DNA of 55,332 bases, filler included, from Sphacelaria rigidula (taxonomy: Eukaryota): the NCBI GenBank assembly GCA_964200075.2. It is 6 parts of 6 records of this genome, joined end to end, with 100 filler letters (N's around TTAATTAATTAA, not from the genome) between each part and the next. Parts side by side here need not be neighbours in the genome. Positions count along the whole stretch, not along the records: positions 46,195 to 55,332 come from CAXNAA020009208.1; 5 more parts are not named here. The stretch is one strand, 5' to 3'. Below the pieces are notes generated by a model, which saw only the letters and a list, made by a program, of their open reading frames with translations, ran no database searches and was not told the origin of the DNA. Positions 49,487-55,332 of the stretch are shown here, one piece after another; within the stretch, counting starts at the first letter, position 1, and the number at the start of each line of letters is the position of its first letter. The position numbers and the translations under genes were made by a program.

Positions 49487-50630
49487 CGCAATGGCGCTTC
49501 CCATCCAGTGCACGATGGATGCGTATCAGTAGATATGAACAAGTGGACGGTGTGATCCAAGTCTGAAGCCACCAAGGCGCTCCGACAAATTGTAGCCTTG
49601 ATGGGATTACCACCCCACGTGTTTGCTTTGCATTCTCTAAGAATTAGGAGTGCTACATGTTGCGCGCCAGGGGAGTCAGAATGAGGGGGGATGCGCTAGG
49701 AAAAAGATTTCTACGCAATGGCCCGTCCCATCCAGTGCACGACGGACGCGCATCAGTAGATATCAACACGTAGACGGTATGGTCCAAGTCTGAAGCCACC
49801 GAGGCGCTCCAACAAATTGTAGCCTTGACGGGATTATCACCCCACGTGTTTGCGTTGCATTCGCTAAGATTTAGGAGCGCTGCTACATGTACGCGGCGGG
49901 TGAGAGTGAGGGGGAATGCGCTAGAAAGAAGATTTCTACGCAATGGCCCGTCCCATCCAGTGCACGATGGACGCGCATCAGTAGATATCAACACGTGAAC
50001 GGGGTGGTTCAAGTCTGCAGCCACCAGGGCGCTCCGACAAATTGTAGCCTTGACGGGATTACCACCCCACGTGTTGACGTTGCATTCTCTAAGAATTAGA
50101 AGCGCTACATGTTGCGCGCCAGGCGAGTCAGAGTAAGGGGGGATGCGCTAGGAAGAACATTTTTACCTTACGTTCGTAACCATGGCATCCATGAACACTG
50201 GGTTTCCGAAACCTTCGTGCAACCTCGATATGCCGTAAGACAACCGGGCCAAGGAACTCAATGGGGAAGTATATTTTGTGTGCTTCAATGGTATATTCGG
50301 AGAGCGTTCAATCGTCGTCATAGTGCGCAAAAAGGACTTTTGTTATCAGTCTTCCTTTCAAACGGAGGGCAGGCAGGCCCACGTGGCCGGCTTTGTGCTG
50401 CATGCTCTTATAAATTCCACTGCGTTTTCATACGTTTTCTGCGTCACGTTGGTAACAGTGTCGTGTCTCAGCGCCACCGAGGAAGGCGCTCCGACAAATT
50501 GTAGCCTTCGCGGGATTACCACCCCACGACTTTGCGTTGCATTCTCTATGGATTAGGGGCGCCACATGTTTACGGCAGGCCGTGCATCGCCTAACGTATT
50601 GCAGAGTGAGGGGGGATGCGCTAGGAAGCA
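49487..50630 (+). pseudogene. Tandemly amplified C-terminal fragment of a tyrosine recombinase (DIRS/Ngaro-like); three ~226-bp units plus a fourth partial copy
   Basis: Units translate to ALRQIVAL.GLPPH.FALHSLRI..AT or close variants (H-x-x-R box II); unit 3 continues to FLPYVRNHG..WVSE; in-frame stops and frameshifts. Confidence 0.8.
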
Positions 50631-52412
50631 GAGTTTCCTTCAGGCTGGAGTTTTCGTTAGACCATGTATGGCTGTATACATGCAACACATTCACGTTGAG
50701 GCGGTAACCCCATCAGTTTTCCTCACAGCGTAGGCGTCCGATCAGTGAGAGCGTACGCAAGAACAAAAACAAATGCAGCTTACCGCGCGGCGCTTTTTTC
50801 TCAGGCCTTTCTTCGTTTCTTAGCTTCTATTTCTCGAAGTTCGATGAACTTTGAAGTCGCAGTTTATTCTTTTCTTTGTCTCTTTCTCAGTATTTAACGG
50901 CTGCCGCGGTTCGGTGAATTTTTTAGCTATTTTTTTTTGTCTTTGTCTTGGCCGTCTATTTTAGCGTCACAGTGTTCCGTTTTGAAAGGGAAACAAAAAT
51001 GCGCGCCGAACGGGTCAAACATTACGCCCTTGCCGGATCTTCCATCTTCTACTCATCACGTATAACATAGTTCCATAACCGATACAGATATCCAATATTT
51101 GGCTCAACCTCTTGGTAGTAGACATTGCCTGTACCACCTCCCAATTTAAATTACTTCCTTTTCACGCCTATCGTGGAGGACGGGGCCGCCGATAGACGGC
51201 CCCGTCCGATCCTTGTATAAATAGAATATTTCGAACTCACGAGCGTCAAGCATACGTTGTCACGAGGTGTCCACGAGATAAATGCTGATTTTAGTGTCCA
51301 AGTTACTCCGCACCCGCCCCGGGAGAGGACTGTTCGGGCCAATACTAATGCTAGGGGTGCGGTTAGCGGATTCGTACTTGACTTTGTGCGGGGGCACACA
51401 TGCGTTCGCGACCGTTCGAACGGACGCGCGATTGCGGTGGTCCTGCAATGTTTGCGGCGGGCATGAACATTCCGAGAGAGGATCTATTCTCACGAGGGCT
51501 TGGCAAGGCAAGAATACCGAGACCCTCGAGAAAGACGGACGGGACCGGGGCGCAGCCCCGGGTCCCGTGCGGCTTGTACTGCATAACATATGGCCTCAAC
51601 GACGGAACCAGATTCCAACACAAAATATTCACGCGTCGGACGAATTGATGATAGTCTGGAAATTACTTGATTTAAGTGTAACTCATTCGTACCGTACGAA
51701 TCAATCCTTGGGCTTTGTTTTCAGCGTCGCAACCCAGGTATGCGCAGCCCAGGCAAGTGGAATGGCGCAAGAATTGCGTGGAGATATTTTCGATCAGCGG
51801 TTCAACTTTTTTTTCCCTCTTTCGAGCAATCAGGCCTGATGAATCGTGGATTTGGTCATTCGAACTGGCGGGTGATTCGTCCGAACCGTGAAAATATGTA
51901 CCTGTCGGGATTTGAAATCGTGATCTTCCGCCCTTTTGGAAGTCTTTTACACCAGCTAGACAATGGGATGCAACGGTGTCACACAAGAAGTGAAAAGCAC
52001 GTCCCAATTTGAGGAATTTTGAGCTGAAATTTTACACGCATATTCTACGCATCGATACCCAAAAGTTACTGGGGTAGCCAAAATATAAACATCTGTATAC
52101 ATATGCTGAGTTATTACATTCAGATTTTTCGTCAGAATCTTGAACCGGCGCTAGTTTGCTTCTTTCTTTCTTTTTCGCTGCCGCAGTACGTTTTCGCGTA
52201 TTGACGCGTCGAACGTGCGTGTAAAATTTCAGTTCAAAATGTTTAAATGTTCCATGAACGGGCCGCGCAAAGCCGACCCAGCCCGTACATGTTTTGCGTG
52301 TGTTTTGTGTGTTTCAATATCATGTTTTTTTGTTGATCATTTTGTGTGTGTGTTGTCCATGCGCATGTGCTTTTATGTCGCTTACTTTTTTTTTTGGTCT
52401 TGGCCGTCATAG

Positions 52413-52621
52413 GAGGAGGACGGGGACTACGTGGAGCCAAAGGATTAGGCTGGGCGCATGGCAGAGGTAGCGACCCGCAGCGTCATCACCATCAGCATCA
52501 ACAACAACATCGAAAGCGCCACGATAGGGATAATGTTACGGTCCGTGTGCACAACGACGACGTCCACACTTTCGATTTCGTCATCTCTACCTTCACAGAG
52601 ATTGGTCTCACCGACGAGTCG
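52413..52621 (+). CDS. Internal exon with ClpS-like motif, probably from a UBR1-type N-recognin E3 ligase
   Basis: Poly-T..TAG acceptor and GTAAGC donor; VTVRVHNDDVHTFDFVI matches the ClpS-core NDD.HT motif; flanking exons not identified. Confidence 0.65.
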
Positions 52622-52706
52622 GTAAGCAACGGACGTGTTAAGATGGCCCTCAGGAGGGGGGGGGTTGCAGGGGGGCGGAGCTTTTCGTTATACAGCCTGG
52701 TTCACG

Positions 52707-53380
52707 GGAAAAAACCTTCACGCCGTTCGAAGGAGCTAGACCCTGAAATTTTGCACAGGTGTTCTATGGTTCATTATGCAACTTTGTATGGACGAGGGTT
52801 TTTTTACTTCATGACTTTTCTCACCGTTTTTTCGGGGGAACTTCGATCCAGTCGGACCCCCGTAAGACGATAAAATAACAGGAAAAAAAATCGTCCATAC
52901 AAAGTTGCGTAATGACCCATATAACACCTGTGCCAAAATTCAGGGTCTAACCTCTTGAATCGGCGTGAAGTTTTCCGCGTTTGTGCGATGAACCTTGCCG
53001 TGCCACGGTGAAACGGCAAACTACTACATTTTGGTATAGAAATGACGTTTTTTGGGCCTTTTATGACGTTAACATGAAAATCTAAGCACTATTTAATCGA
53101 GTTTGGCCACGAAACTTTGTGGGGTTCTTCCTTGGGTTTTGCGGCGGCAGAGCGTTTTCGAAAAAAATGAAAAAAATACTGTAGTGCCGGTTTTTTCGGG
53201 GTCCCAGAATGGATGACTTCGAAAAAACGACTTGGATCCCGTCGGACCTCCGCAGACGGTAAAAAATTCAAGAATCAGAAAGAACTCGTTGATCTAAACT
53301 TGCGTAATGATTCATAGCACATTTGTGCAGAGTTTCGGGATCTCACTCATAATAAATGCGTGAAGATTTGCGCGTTTGTG
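52707..53380. repeat. Inverted repeat (~100-bp arms, 52707-52975) plus a diverged third arm (~53295-53380); probable DNA-transposon interior
   Basis: TAGACCCTGAAATTTTGCACAGGTGTT..GCAACTTTGTATGGACGA vs TCGTCCATACAAAGTTGC..AACACCTGTGCCAAAATTCAGGGTCTA. Confidence 0.78.
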
Positions 53381-54934
53381 CGAGGATGTGAGCTTAAAAG
53401 GTGCAATCTTCTAACTACTTGGTTTGAGTATGAAAACATCATTTAGGGTGAATTTTACGTCAAGGCAGGAAAAATTGTATAAGATTTTCGAGAGTCTCCA
53501 CCAAAAATTGTACATGTATTCCTTGGACCATCCTGGGATGCATCGTGTTATTATTATTTTTTTTTAGTCATTCCGCACCGCCTTCCGCGGGTCTTTGTTC
53601 TGGGACCCCCGGAAACCAGTAGAGAACGGAGAAACTCTAAACCCCTGCCAAGAACACAATTTTTCTATTTGGAGCGTCAATACCAACGGAAGTGCCAAGA
53701 TTGAGGATGATCTGAGCTTTTCTCCAACATATATGAGGGAAATCGTTACGAGGCTCCCTGGGTTTTTCCTGCGTATCATGAGTGGAAATTAGACGACGCT
53801 GAACTCCACATCACCGGAATATCACGGTTTCTGGTATACTTCGACCCCATTGGAACCGTTTTCAAATCCGTTTCTCCCGTTAGATTCTTGAGGTGACGAC
53901 GGTCCCTACTACTCAAAGCATGTGGAGATTCGGTGGAAATTGAGCTTGGAATTCGTATTTTCAATTTCGGAACAGTTTGAAAGGCGCTGATTGGTTGAGA
54001 CACATTTTTGTCCATAGCGCCACCGCTACAGCCTTTAAATAAATCCGGCTATGTCACCCTCTTCGTCTGTTCATTGCGGTCAGTATGATACCGTGTATGC
54101 GACTATTGGGTGCCTACTGCAGAAGGCATTTGCTGATGACAGAATTTGAGTTTTTTTTCCGTGATCTAGCCTGTAGGGTACATAGCAAAAGTGAACAACT
54201 GCTGTATTTTTTTCCATGCCGGGGACAGTGAGGGGGGGTGGCGGGTGGCGATATAATAATTCAAGAGGGAGTTGTAGCCCACACATGATACGTGGAACAT
54301 CGTTGTTGAGCGTAAAATGCCATGTGTAGTGCTCACGCATTCGACCTCAGGGTAAGGACCATGACGTGAGTAGCACAACGTGCTTGGAATATGGACGTTT
54401 AGAGTGTGTTTGTGAGCGAGGTAATGCACGTTTTTGACATGCCTGGTACACAGGGGTGTGAATGGTGTTGGTGTAAAGGTTGAGGATACAGTAAAAGTTT
54501 CTATCTCAGTTGGCCCGATGGTTTTCCGATGCGGCAACATCTAGCTATTGTACGGTATAGGTGGAAGAAATCCTCAAGATGTTGGTACAGTGCGCTGCAG
54601 TTACTTGAAATTAGTGCAGCGAACCGGACTTGTCCACGCGGCGATTTTGTTCGCACTATAGCGGGACCCCCTCGCTGGAGAAACCCGAACCAACCGGACA
54701 CCTCCGAAACACATATCGCGCGCATGGGTGACGGTGTGCTCAGGCGTGGACGATTTTGGATTTATAGACGATGACTGTCGGACTGACGGACTGACTGAGT
54801 GATGGACAGCGCAAAGGGGTGCCCTTTTTTTTAGAAAAGAAAAAGATGGAATTTCTCTCGCAAACTGCGTCGTAGCGCACGGTGTTCTGTATGTCACGTG
54901 TTGTCCGTGTCCCAAGTATCAACAGTTTCCTCAC

Positions 54935-55066
54935 ACTTTGAACCCCTCCCCTCCATCGGGATGAGCCCGTGGTCTCGAGGGATCAACCCCTCTCTCCCCC
55001 GGGACGCGCCTTTCATTTTGGTCTCGCGGGTTGGGTCAGCACTCCCGCACCGTGTCAACTCACGTT
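54935..55066 (+). repeat. Dispersed repeat shared with 47455-47790
   Basis: Direct sequence match as above. Confidence 0.7.
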
Positions 55067-55332
55067 ACACAAACCTACTGTCAATCCAAGAGAACTCTTA
55101 GATCCTTTGACCAAACACATTGCATATGTGACAGCGGGGGCCGAGAAGTCACAGCGCTGCCGACCTTTGCGCTACTTCGCGAGCTCGGCGTCCAGCGCTG
55201 CAGAGAGCAAATGTGGAAAAAAGGGGGGCAAGATGAGCTAGCTCATGATCCAGACCATTGCACTAATAAGAAGTCATATTTCACGGTTAGGACGAATCAT
55301 CACGACTAAGAATCACCAAATCCACGATTTCT

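Overview
This window is not one locus. It is six eukaryotic contigs of near-identical, non-increasing length (9140, 9140, 9138, 9138, 9138, 9138 bp) joined by artificial N44-TTAATTAATTAA-N44 linkers, so adjacency across linkers carries no information. Long GT-AG introns and the repeat families suggest a brown alga (inferred from recall, not verified). The DNA is dominated by transposable elements: a decayed chromodomain-bearing Ty3/Gypsy element split by a CAC-terminal DNA transposon, a LINE RT pseudogene with many copies of its poly-C 3' tail, an intron-containing MULE transposase, several MITE families and SINE-like repeats. Host genes are a multi-exon secreted Cys-rich protein, the 3' part of a single-pass membrane protein and one ClpS-like (UBR1-type) exon. 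The most interesting signals are a ~66-nt structured LINE-tail unit inserted three times with the same 5' end and long target-site duplications (TSDs) at C-tracts, a tandem array built from a tyrosine-recombinase active-site segment, and a cleanly spliced MULE transposase with its first catalytic Asp and SWIM His substituted. No CRISPR array, rRNA or bona fide tRNA gene was seen, and I cannot demonstrate a new multi-gene system from this sequence.
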